Of a stretch of 64,000 nt of DNA, positions 1 to 8,997 are shown one piece after another. The notes under the pieces were generated by a model, which made no database searches, was not told the origin of the DNA, and saw only the letters and a program-made list of their open reading frames with translations. How positions within the stretch are numbered: position 1 is the stretch's first letter; every line of letters begins with the position of its first letter. The DNA lies in IMG/VR virus record IMGVR_UViG_3300031718_000003, positions 1-64,000 of that record. The stretch is one strand, 5' to 3'. The stretch comes from a virus. Both the position numbers and the translations under genes were made by a program.

Positions 1-41
1 TTCTGGTTCACCCCGAAGAAATGAGTGTTAAGAAGTTGAAG

Positions 42-806
42 TTACGGCCCAATCACATAGGAATTGGAGAAGATGTTCCAGTTTCCTCGTGGGTCCCTGC
101 CGTTATTGGCTGATTCACACTGCGAGAGCATCGCCGGTGAGTTGATAGACCGGATAGTCCTCAGCGAGTTCCGTGCGGTTAGCATCGCACTCTCAGTCAT
201 CTTGCCGCCCTGGTTCTCAAAGCGATCGGCCAGGCGCATCGCGAGGTTGTATTCGATGGCCTCCTGATACGCCGGCGGAATAATCACCGTGTCACCAGAG
301 GTCACAAACTGCTCGACAGCCTGCCAGAGATACAGGGCGATCTGCCAGCCGTTCAGCGGAACCGGAAACACGCTGACGCGGCCATTCGGCACGCTCGGCT
401 CGTAGTAGAGGATGTACGGCACGTTCGATTGCAGGAGTTTTGGCGACACCGAGGCCCATTCCTGACTACCCCAGAGCACGCGCATGGGCTGCTCGATGAC
501 GGGGTCGACGTCGGTGAACAGGAAGCCAGCCTGCTCGATCTTCTCCGGTCGGTCGATTTCCCAGTCGATCGGTCCATCGGTAGGGTCCATGCCGATGATG
601 TAGGTGTCCTGGCCGGAGTTTAGCGGGAACACGTTGCGCGTCACCGCGTAGATCATGAGCCGCTGGGCCTTCCAGGCGTCGAGCATGGAATTCAATACGT
701 TGAAGCCCTCGGTCACTTGTTCGGGTGATGGGCCACGGCCAGGGGCGCCCATGACGTGGGCGATGCGGAGTGAGGTGTTGATGAGAGCGGAGACTAGTAA
801 GGGCAT
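42..806 (-). CDS. P22 gp4-like head completion / head-tail adaptor protein
   Basis: N-terminus (LINTSLRIAHV...PSPEQVTEGFNVLNSMLDAW) and C-terminal PPAYQEAIEYNLAMRLA resemble podovirus adaptor proteins; lies downstream of the coat gene. Confidence 0.6.
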   Translation of the reverse strand: MPLLVSALINTSLRIAHVMGAPGRGPSPEQVTEGFNVLNSMLDAWKAQRLMIYAVTRNVFPLNSGQDTYIIGMDPTDGPIDWEIDRPEKIEQAGFLFTDVDPVIEQPMRVLWGSQEWASVSPKLLQSNVPYILYYEPSVPNGRVSVFPVPLNGWQIALYLWQAVEQFVTSGDTVIIPPAYQEAIEYNLAMRLADRFENQGGKMTESAMLTARNSLRTIRSINSPAMLSQCESANNGRDPRGNWNIFSNSYVIGP

Positions 807-906
807 GAGAAGACTGAATTAAGAGAAAGATGATTTCTTCGGGGTGAGCCAGGCGTCGCAATCGGCAACCCGCCGTTTGCGCCTGTAGACAGGTGCGGGG
901 TAGTTC

Positions 907-1383
907 CTAAATCGGTCCGCGGGCGTTGAAATCGAACGCCAAGCCCCGGCGACGCTTACCCGAGAAGCGCGCCGGAGTTTTCAGGTGAATGGTATCGCCG
1001 ATTTTGAGGGACGAAGAACTGGCGGCGTCGTAGGTTCTGAATCTCTCCTCAGGGGCCATCTGAAGCCGCAACCGCGCCTCGCGTTCTTCTTCCCGATTCT
1101 TTACCAGCACTCCGCCTTTGGCGTGGTCCTCCGGGTCGCGCGGCTCCGGGTAGACCCACTTGGGGAATTCCTGGTCAACGCGAGCCGCTTGCTCTGGTGC
1201 TGCAGCCGCTTGCTCTGGCGCTGCTTCCTGGAACCGTGAGCGGCGGTGGGCTAGTTGCGGATTCGCGGCGGCAAAGATGTCGGCGAAAAGGGGCGTTTCC
1301 TCGGCTGGTTCGACGTGTGGAAACTCCACAACCGGCTGTGCGCCGCCGTACTCGCCGAGCTTCTGAGTGAACATCTCAGCCAT
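907..1383 (-). CDS. hypothetical mosaic protein
   Basis: Shares QEFPKW...DH.KG..LV.N.EEE with 4073..4342; contains a 66-bp segment also present at 36051-36116. Confidence 0.5.
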   Translation of the reverse strand: MAEMFTQKLGEYGGAQPVVEFPHVEPAEETPLFADIFAAANPQLAHRRSRFQEAAPEQAAAAPEQAARVDQEFPKWVYPEPRDPEDHAKGGVLVKNREEEREARLRLQMAPEERFRTYDAASSSSLKIGDTIHLKTPARFSGKRRRGLAFDFNARGPI

Positions 1384-1945
1384 TTTCAGCGCTGCGGAAC
1401 AGATGGTTGCTCCATCTCACTTTCGCCGGATCGGCTTTTATTTCGTCGATCTTGGCGCGCACCGCGTCAATTCCACTTTTCATGGGCTCATTGAACAGGC
1501 GAAACAGAGAGAGCGCATTGTTATAGAAAGAGACGCCCTCACCGTCCGTTCCCCAGCAGGAGCCCAGGCCGCATAGTGACGCGAGAGCCTCCAGGCTTGC
1601 GCCGGGCATGGCTTGCGGATTCCAGTGCTCTACGATCCAAGCAAGCTCCGATTGTTCTGCTGCTCTGGCCTCGGCCTTGGCTTTCAGTTGCTCGATGGCG
1701 TCAGGTTCGGCTTTACGGACTAGCGTCAGCACTGGGGCATCGAACCACGAGCACTCGCCGCCGTCCTCGGTGAATATGAGGGAATAGTGTTGCCGGAGAT
1801 ATTCTGTATTAGGACCATTGCTGTCGCCGTAGAGATCGCTGTACGAGCCCAGTACAAGCGCCTCTCCCTTTCTCCAGCCACTCGAGATTACGAGGTCGCC
1901 GCGCTGAAACTTCTGTGCGTGGGTTAACATGTCAGCCGAGGTCAT
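1376..1945 (-). CDS. hypothetical phage protein
   Basis: ORF overlapping its neighbours in operon fashion. Confidence 0.55.
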   Translation of the reverse strand: MTSADMLTHAQKFQRGDLVISSGWRKGEALVLGSYSDLYGDSNGPNTEYLRQHYSLIFTEDGGECSWFDAPVLTLVRKAEPDAIEQLKAKAEARAAEQSELAWIVEHWNPQAMPGASLEALASLCGLGSCWGTDGEGVSFYNNALSLFRLFNEPMKSGIDAVRAKIDEIKADPAKVRWSNHLFRSAENG

Positions 1946-2171
1946 CCCTCAAATTCCGTTCGAGGACGTCGAGTGCCTGCTCTTTGATCTGTTGTGGTGT
2001 GATTACCGAACCGTAGTTCGCTTTCACCATCCCAACTGCCTCGCAGGCCGCCCAGAGTTCGTCGCCATCAATCCAAAGGAGCATTCGGTCAACGAGTGGA
2101 TCGGTAATGCGGGCATCAACGAAACGCTTGCGCACCTCCTCCTTTAGCTTCTGCGTTGCGTCGTAGGTCAC
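1932..2171 (-). CDS. hypothetical protein
   Basis: ATGA-type coupling with 2168 ORF. Confidence 0.5.
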   Translation of the reverse strand: MTYDATQKLKEEVRKRFVDARITDPLVDRMLLWIDGDELWAACEAVGMVKANYGSVITPQQIKEQALDVLERNLRDDLG

Positions 2172-2730
2172 ATCCCTTCACCCTCTTCGCAGTCGATGGT
2201 CACCTTCACACAGGCGATACGCGGTTCCTCGTAGATGCGCCCTTCTGGCTTGGTGAGGTGTAAAAAGATGCTGCCGTCCTTGAAGACGTTGATCCACACG
2301 TCCCGCTTGATGCGACGCGGCATGTTGACCAGGTCGAGGGTATCCAAACCCGAATAGTATTCGCCCCGCCCCGTCCATCGGCCCAACTGCCACTCGCCGG
2401 AGGTTGGCTTAGCAATAGACCCATGTATTGGATATGCCCCACCAGCATCCGTTGCGTAGATCCGCACCTCGCGTCCGTCCCGCGTGCGCATATGCTTTGA
2501 GAGATCGAGCGTCGGCTTCCCTGGCTCTCCCTTTGGGCCGGGGCAGTCGGTTCCCCCGGCATAGTAGATACCGCAGTTCTTGCAGCGCGCCGTGTCCACG
2601 ATGGTCCATTTGTGGTCCAAGTGTGTAACGACGCATGGATTGGAGTCTGTGATCCATCCGTTGTCACGGAGTTTGCCGCAGTTCTTGCAGCGCAGCTCCT
2701 CGATCGTGGTCCAGTCGTGTTTCACGCGGT
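2168..2730 (-). CDS. hypothetical phage protein with CxxC pairs (start approximate)
   Basis: RTRDGREVRIYATD...YPIHG motif typical of small phage proteins; two CKNCG motifs. Confidence 0.5.
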
Positions 2731-3085
2731 ACCCTCCAGGCGCAAACGGCGGATCGTCGGGGGCCGCGCCTGGCTCGCCCCGAAGCAAAAAGCATTTGTT
2801 TGAAGCTGGCGCCCACCCATCACAGGAAGCCTTGGAAGTTCCGGCTGGAGAAGAGAAAACAGTTAATTAACTATTCCGAGGACATTCAGCCGAACTGAAC
2901 GGCCCTAGATCCTTGCATCCATTCACCGTGCAACCTTACCATTTGTGAAACCTTACAACCTGGAGCCTGTAAAAACCTTGAGCCTTGAAGTTTTGCCAAC
3001 TGCCCCCCAGGAGGGCTTGCAAATTCATTATAATGAACGGGCCGATTCATTATCATGAATTCAAGCGCCCTTGGGGGGCAGCGGC

Positions 3086-3160
3086 TGGAGTCTGAAACAG
3101 GATTTGAACCTGCGACACCTCGATTAACAATCGAGTGCTCTACCGCTGAGCTATTCAGAC
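3086..3160 (-). tRNA. tRNA-Asn (GTT) with encoded CCA
   Basis: Minus strand GTCTGAA TAGCTCAGCGGTAGAGC A CTCGA TTGTTAA TCGAG GTGTC GCAGG TTCAAAT CCTGT TTCAGAC T CCA folds into a cloverleaf. Confidence 0.9.
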
Positions 3161-3541
3161 ACTTGAATTGCCATCAAGTGTTTAGTCTCGATCGCGAGAC
3201 CAGCGTCCCATCTTTCCCGGTTTTTATCTCTGCGTGTCGGGCGTGAATTGTCAAAGACCAAAAATCTGGAACTTCTTTGCTTCGGGGTCTCGACTAGAGG
3301 CCCGCACACGTTGCGGCCTTGTCTGCAGATAATCTCAGGCCCTTATCTGCGTCTCTAGCCAAGTCAATTGCCCTCACCCCTGTTCGTTTGCGCCTGATCT
3401 CTCGACGGTTCCGAACGCAAACGGCGGATTGGACCACAGGCCGCTGAGGATACTCAGCCTTGTCCCCGGATAAGCAGGGACCTCCCGCGTGCCAATGGCC
3501 AGCGACAGCTACTCACCCCGAAGTCATAAAAAAAAACAGCG

Positions 3542-4054
3542 CTACAGCCCTATCACATCCGTGACGGCATTGGTAACTTCTAATTGCGCATCGATGAGTG
3601 ATGGCTCATCGCGGTAGAGCGCGACTTTCTCATCCCGTGTCGCGGGATCGTAGTAGCGCCGGATCTTAACATCCACTGTCTGGCCAGCCGACTGCTGCGC
3701 TTTGCCTTCCCGCAGGTTGCGGTCGGTGAGCGAAGCCCAGATGGCCTGATCGAGTTTCGCCAGGTCGCGGCGACGGTGGACCCATTCGGCGATCGACTTC
3801 TTGATATGGTGGCCACCCAGCTCGATCGAGACGGTAGTCTCGATGTTGGTCTTCTGGATCGCGACCCGCAGCTTCAGGATGCGCTGCACCGAATCCGTGT
3901 ACGACTGGATCCACTCATCCACCTGGCGGCGTTGATCGGGATACACTGCGGTCTCGAAATCGAGATCCGCGCAATGTAGCGCTACCTTTTTCTGGAGATC
4001 GGCCAGCTTCTCGGCCAGCCGCTTGATCTCCTTCATGGCCTCAATGATCTTCAT
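3542..4054 (-). CDS. DIP1984/DUF6847-like coiled-coil protein
   Basis: MKIIEAM...LRVAIQKTNIET...SIAEW...IDAQLEVTNAVTD pattern. Confidence 0.6.
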   Translation of the reverse strand: MKIIEAMKEIKRLAEKLADLQKKVALHCADLDFETAVYPDQRRQVDEWIQSYTDSVQRILKLRVAIQKTNIETTVSIELGGHHIKKSIAEWVHRRRDLAKLDQAIWASLTDRNLREGKAQQSAGQTVDVKIRRYYDPATRDEKVALYRDEPSLIDAQLEVTNAVTDVIGL

Positions 4055-4072
4055 TGAAGTCCAGTTTAGCGC

Positions 4073-4342
4073 TTATTTTCCTGCTGCTGCGCGCGCCCTG
4101 GCGTTCCGGCTCGGCGTGCGGACTGGCGCGGTCTCGGGTTCCGCCGTTTCCGGTTCCTCGGTTGGCTCGATTTCAGGGGAGAAGTGACCGTGCTTCTTAT
4201 GCCAGGCGGTCTCTTCCGCTTCATTGCGCACGAGGGTTTTGCCGGAGGCGTGGTCGTCTGGGTCCGCGTTAGGAGCGGTTAGCCATTTGGGAAATTCTTG
4301 GAAGACATACGGGGGCTTGGGGGGGCGTTCGTCGAGGTTCAT
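4073..4342 (-). CDS. hypothetical phage protein
   Basis: RBS AAGGA upstream; QEFPKW motif. Confidence 0.55.
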   Translation of the reverse strand: MNLDERPPKPPYVFQEFPKWLTAPNADPDDHASGKTLVRNEAEETAWHKKHGHFSPEIEPTEEPETAEPETAPVRTPSRNARARAAAGK

Positions 4343-4927
4343 TATAGTTCCTTTTTCAAGATTTGGATTGCTTCGGGGTCGGTCAGAAGTCGCTATCGGC
4401 GGGCGTTCGTTTGCGCCTGTTCAGGCCGCCGCTTTCATTCAATAAAGTGGCCCATGTGCTCACAGACGACTGACCGTGGTGGCGCGAGAGCCGGATCCAG
4501 ACCGAGTAAACTCCGCGCGTGCGTCAGCGACTCGGGCGTTACCCTCCAGGATTTTCCGGGGCAGTCCAGGTTAGGCTCAGCGGTCACGTATACCCAGACT
4601 GCAAACGGGTACGCGGATTGATTGCGAGCGGGTTTGGGTCCGCATATAGAACAGCCGTGTTCAACGAGGAATTGGCGCGTGGATGCTGCCGCCTCTTTGG
4701 TTGAGATCATGCCGTCGAGCGTCACGCTCCGCATCCCTTGGTTTCTAGTGCGCACCTACACAGCCTTCGCGCTTCGGCGATGGATTGCTCGGCGGTATCA
4801 AGGGAGCCATCCGCCGCGGCGCGGGCTGCGTCTTTGAGATTCTGCACAATCCCGCGCGTGAGCTGCTCGATGAGCGCGTGCCTGTAGTGCTTGTGGTCGG
4901 GATCGGGAACTAGTGTGAGGTCCGGCA

Positions 4928-5200
4928 TCAGTGTTTGCTCCAGTGAGATCCGGGCTTGCCATCGCTCGATCTATTGTCGCCTTTCGGCATATGCCCTGAG
5001 CCGCCGAGTATGCGGTCGGCCTTGGCGTCGATCGAAGCCTTCTGCGCCGGGGTGATGTTTCCCGCGCTCTCCTGCTGTGAGGCGCGTGCTTTGGCATTGG
5101 CCGCATGACTAGCGTCCGGCATGGGATATTTTCGTTCCGCCGGCAGACCGAACGTGGAGGCGGGGAGCTTGTTGCGTTCTTCGGCGTGTAGTTTTGCCAT
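4928..5200 (-). CDS. small basic phage protein (RNKLPASTFGLPAERKYPMPD..HA.NA..RA family)
   Basis: Recognisable conserved phage motif; RBS AAGGA. Confidence 0.6.
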   Translation of the reverse strand: MAKLHAEERNKLPASTFGLPAERKYPMPDASHAANAKARASQQESAGNITPAQKASIDAKADRILGGSGHMPKGDNRSSDGKPGSHWSKH

Positions 5201-5287
5201 TTGTATTTTCCTTTGGATTTGCCGGGCGCGCCGAAGTTCAGGCGCAAACGGCGTATGGTCGAGAGAAGAGCCGGGCTGACCCCGAAG

Positions 5288-6094
5288 CTAAGTGATTTGA
5301 CTCAAATCCGTAAATAGTTGTTGGTAGTGAAACCCACTTGGCGCGACCCCATTGGCTGCAATAAAGTCTTTTGAGAGGATTGCCCAGGCTTCCGAACCAT
5401 ATAGTTTCAAGAATCTCCAGGTGGCATCGTAGATCGTGGCCCAGGTGACGAGCTGCGTCCCCGCGTGGTTCTGCTGATCGACTCCATATGCCACGAGCGG
5501 TACACAGTGGCCGCCCCAGCTTCCCGGAGCGCCGTCGCCTGTCGTGTCCTGTGGGACATCCCATACCGGGCAGCCATTTATGCCGGGGAAGGTCTGTTGC
5601 GCCGTTATAGGAAGATTGAGACCGACGAAACAGCCGCCAAACAGCCAGATGGCCTGCTTGACCTCGGCCTGGTTCGTAATATCGACCGAGACAAAGGCAT
5701 CAATCTTGTGGCCGCCGATTCCGGTGTTGCGCCAGTACTTCAGTGCGTCCAGCATGACGCAACCGTTGTCGGTCGAGGGATCGCCAGCAACGTAGCCGCT
5801 GACATCCTCGTAGGCTGCGAGGATTTGATTTTCACTCGGGGTGCAGAGGCTTTCGGCGTTTGCGGTCCAGTCCTGGATCAAGTGCCCAGCGGCGGCGATG
5901 ACGCAGTCGCCCAATTCGTCGTTACCGAACATAGGAAAAGCTGGGACCTTGCCGGCATACCCGGAGTTTTCCGGGGGCGCCCATAGCCCGGTCAGGTACT
6001 TGCCCAGTTTGAGCGTTCGCTTGTCCGTTCTGGCCGGCTTTCGGCCCAGTTTGATAGGACCGTGAACCGGGTGCTGGAATGTCGGTAGGGTCAC
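5288..6094 (-). CDS. papain-like cysteine peptidase
   Basis: GND..GDCVIAA (Cys), GGHCVPLVAY (His), VTW motifs. Confidence 0.7.
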   Translation of the reverse strand: MTLPTFQHPVHGPIKLGRKPARTDKRTLKLGKYLTGLWAPPENSGYAGKVPAFPMFGNDELGDCVIAAAGHLIQDWTANAESLCTPSENQILAAYEDVSGYVAGDPSTDNGCVMLDALKYWRNTGIGGHKIDAFVSVDITNQAEVKQAIWLFGGCFVGLNLPITAQQTFPGINGCPVWDVPQDTTGDGAPGSWGGHCVPLVAYGVDQQNHAGTQLVTWATIYDATWRFLKLYGSEAWAILSKDFIAANGVAPSGFHYQQLFTDLSQIT

Positions 6095-6876
6095 TTGTGG
6101 TACTCCGATTTCTTGCGGGTCTCGCCAGGTTTTTCAGCCGCTGCGACTGGCGGCGAGAGGATTCCATCGGGCGGCCCGAATGGGGCTGTCGTACGGCCGC
6201 TCCAGTTCGCGGCAATATGCGCATCGGCGCTTTCGAGGTGATAGCCAACAATCTCCGGAATGAGCGATCGCTTCGCGCGGGGCCACTGCATGGCGAATAC
6301 GGTGTCGGTCCGGCCTGCGTCGGAGTGTTGCTCGGGATAGGTCAGCCTTCCACTCGCTGCGTGCCACAACTGGAAGAAGCCGAGCGGGATATAGCCCCAG
6401 CCCTCCGCTTCCACACAGAGGCGCGTCCCCAGCGGAAACTTGTCCAGGTGTACGTAGCTTCTCGATTCGTGCTGCAACTGCGGCAGGCTCATAAAACGCC
6501 GCCATTGCTGGTAGTCGCGGCAGACGTGACGGTCGATCCCGTACAGGAACTCAGGATCCGGATTCATAAACTCCAGGAATTTGCGTGTGAGCGGAGGGAG
6601 CAGAATATCGGCGTCCATGTGCAGCAAATAGGCATCGCGATCAAGGGCTTCCAGCCCCACATTGATCCCCCTGCCTTTGTAAAAGCTGCCCCAGCGCGTT
6701 TCGAAAAGGTCGGTCGGAATGCAGGTGACATTCCAGTACTCGCACACGCGGCGCGTGGCCTTGTCCTCGGGGGCCGTGACCACGACGAGCTTGTCGAATA
6801 GGACTCTGTTGTGGCAGAGGGTTTCCGCGAGGAAGTCGGCGTACCCAACCGACGTAACTACACACTCAATTTTCAT
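6091..6876 (-). CDS. GT-A fold (family 2-like) glycosyltransferase
   Basis: KGRGINVGL...LLHMDADILLP DxD motif, GFFQL. Confidence 0.7.
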   Translation of the reverse strand: MKIECVVTSVGYADFLAETLCHNRVLFDKLVVVTAPEDKATRRVCEYWNVTCIPTDLFETRWGSFYKGRGINVGLEALDRDAYLLHMDADILLPPLTRKFLEFMNPDPEFLYGIDRHVCRDYQQWRRFMSLPQLQHESRSYVHLDKFPLGTRLCVEAEGWGYIPLGFFQLWHAASGRLTYPEQHSDAGRTDTVFAMQWPRAKRSLIPEIVGYHLESADAHIAANWSGRTTAPFGPPDGILSPPVAAAEKPGETRKKSEYHK

Positions 6877-7607
6877 TCAATGCCTGGCTTAATGCCCGGA
6901 CCAGTGCGATTTTCCGCTGCCCTCGTGGGCGACGTGGTCCCGCTTGCCGCTGCGCTTGACCGCGTGGTTCTCGGGGTACTGCTCGGTGTTGGGCTGGGTG
7001 TTTGAGTTGCCGGTTTGCACATCTGGCTTGATGGGCGGCTCTTGGGTTGTGCCATTGTTCATGGTGTCGTAGTCGTTTGCGTTTGATGGGATTTTCATGG
7101 TTTGCTCCAGCGATAAAAGTCTTGATTGCTTCGGGGTGAGTAGTGTGCGCTCTGGACTAATCAGCGTTTGCGCCTGAACAGGAGGGACTGGCCATTGGCA
7201 AGCGGTATCCCGCGGCCACCGGCCAGGAACAGGCGCAAACGGCGGATGGTCGAGAGCGCACGCTACCGACCCCGAAGATAAAAGGAAACAGCTTGTGTTA
7301 ATTGAAGAAATTCAAAGCGACGACTGCTCTTCTTCCCTTATTTTTTTCGCTTAGCATAATTCGGTTTCCGTATTCACTGGGAAGATGTGCAGATTGACCC
7401 GGTAACTCGTCGCGACGCCGGCGAGGGCGTCTTCTGCCTCCTCGCGGGTGGCGTAGTAGTAGAGGTGCTTGGCTAACCGCAAGGCTTCTACCCGATTCCG
7501 CGCAAGTGTAAAGACCACAGGAGGCAGCGCGCCATGCTTGGGTGCGATCTGTTTAGGGGGAACCACCTTGTCTCGATTCTACGCGACTTCGGAAGTGATG
7601 ACCTGAC

Positions 7608-8006
7608 TCAGGCGGGATCGTAGGTCACAAGTACAGTATTGCCAGTCGTCCCGTCTATCCACATTTCAGAAATGTTGATTGCGGCATCGGGGTCGGTGTC
7701 GGAGTAGCTGCCGCCAGGGGTGTTGACATCGGCTGCTTTTACGAGCTCAGCGATCAGTTGGCCGGCGGTTCCGATCGCGGGCGCTCGGCCCTGACCGGCC
7801 TGGAGCACGTAGCCGGTTCCGCCGCCGGCATTCGGGAGCATCTGGATGAATAGCCGCTTTACCCGGAAGAAGGGCACAAAGAACGTCGAGCCGGTGGGCG
7901 CTAGCGTGCTAGTCCAGCCTGCCGTGGCCATGGCTGCGGCGGAAAGACCGGAGTAGAGATTGACTGGTGCTCCGTTGGTGAGGGTGAGGGTAAGAGAGAT
8001 TTTCAT
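7608..8006 (-). CDS. putative structural protein
   Basis: Thr/Gly-rich beta-type composition, head module. Confidence 0.45.
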   Translation of the reverse strand: MKISLTLTLTNGAPVNLYSGLSAAAMATAGWTSTLAPTGSTFFVPFFRVKRLFIQMLPNAGGGTGYVLQAGQGRAPAIGTAGQLIAELVKAADVNTPGGSYSDTDPDAAINISEMWIDGTTGNTVLVTYDPA

Positions 8007-8171
8007 TTTGAGTCCGCGTTAGAGGATGAAGAAGGTTTCTTCGGGGTCAGCAGCCAACGCCCTCGTCGATCAACGTTTGCGCCTGTTCAGACAGCACGGA
8101 AGAACGGGCGCAAACGGCGGATCGCCGGGAGCAATCAACTACTCACCCCGAGAAAAGGCTTTAGAGTTAGC

Positions 8172-8957
8172 CTAATACGACGGAAAAAATGACGCTCCAT
8201 CCCAGCATTCAATGAGTGTTTTACCCACTACTGCTGTAGATGCCAGCCCTATATTCCCGGCGGTGGTGGTAGTGAAGATGCCGCTAGGAATCAAGTACAG
8301 GCATTGTCCCGCCTGCATGTTGGCTGGAACCGTGATGGTAGCGATGGCCGTGGTTCCCGAGACGTGGAACACTTCCACGGTCGGAGCGATGGTGGTGGCC
8401 GAAGCGATCGCCGCGGCGACAAGTTGCGCCGTGGGCGAATTGGTGTAGTCAGTGAACGTGGCCCACTGGTTGTTGGCGTTGCAGCCCCACATATTGCCCG
8501 TGGTGTAAACGATCCAGGGAGCGACAGACGGCGTGACGGTCGAGGTGCCCGTGGCCCCTCCGCATCCGCCCGAGGGATCGAAGTTATGGAAGTAGCCGGG
8601 AGGGCCAACCCATACGACGGCGCCCGAGATGTGCGCGGTGGCGATAGTCCCCGAGTAGCCGCGTTCCACCGTGATGGTGGTCGAATTGACGCCATTGACG
8701 CGCATCAGTTCGCGATCGACATAGAGCAGGGTGTAGTTGGGGGCGGTCGAGGCAGCGCCGCCGAGGCCGCCCTGCGAGATAGCGACCCCAGGGGCGGTGA
8801 TGCCGGTTGCGGAAGCGACGACGACGAAGCCTTTAGAAGTATTGGCGCTGATGCCGGCCGAGAGCGTGGTCTGGGTCATGGCGGTCTGGCCGTACATGAC
8901 AGCGTTGATGGCGCTAATCGCCAGCAAGAGGGTGAGTGAGCGAAGGATGTTTTTCAT
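8172..8957 (-). CDS. putative capsid decoration / structural protein
   Basis: Directly downstream of coat gene; ELMRV...ITVERG...TAHISGAVV motif; start MKNILRS at 8957. Confidence 0.55.
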   Translation of the reverse strand: MKNILRSLTLLLAISAINAVMYGQTAMTQTTLSAGISANTSKGFVVVASATGITAPGVAISQGGLGGAASTAPNYTLLYVDRELMRVNGVNSTTITVERGYSGTIATAHISGAVVWVGPPGYFHNFDPSGGCGGATGTSTVTPSVAPWIVYTTGNMWGCNANNQWATFTDYTNSPTAQLVAAAIASATTIAPTVEVFHVSGTTAIATITVPANMQAGQCLYLIPSGIFTTTTAGNIGLASTAVVGKTLIECWDGASFFPSY

Positions 8958-8997
8958 GGTTGTAGTTTTTCCTTGTGTTTTTCTTGGGCTTCGCGGC

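Noticed and set aside
3086-3160. tRNA as prophage attachment site
   Set aside because: Phage genes on both sides and no duplicated tRNA 3' end seen in the window
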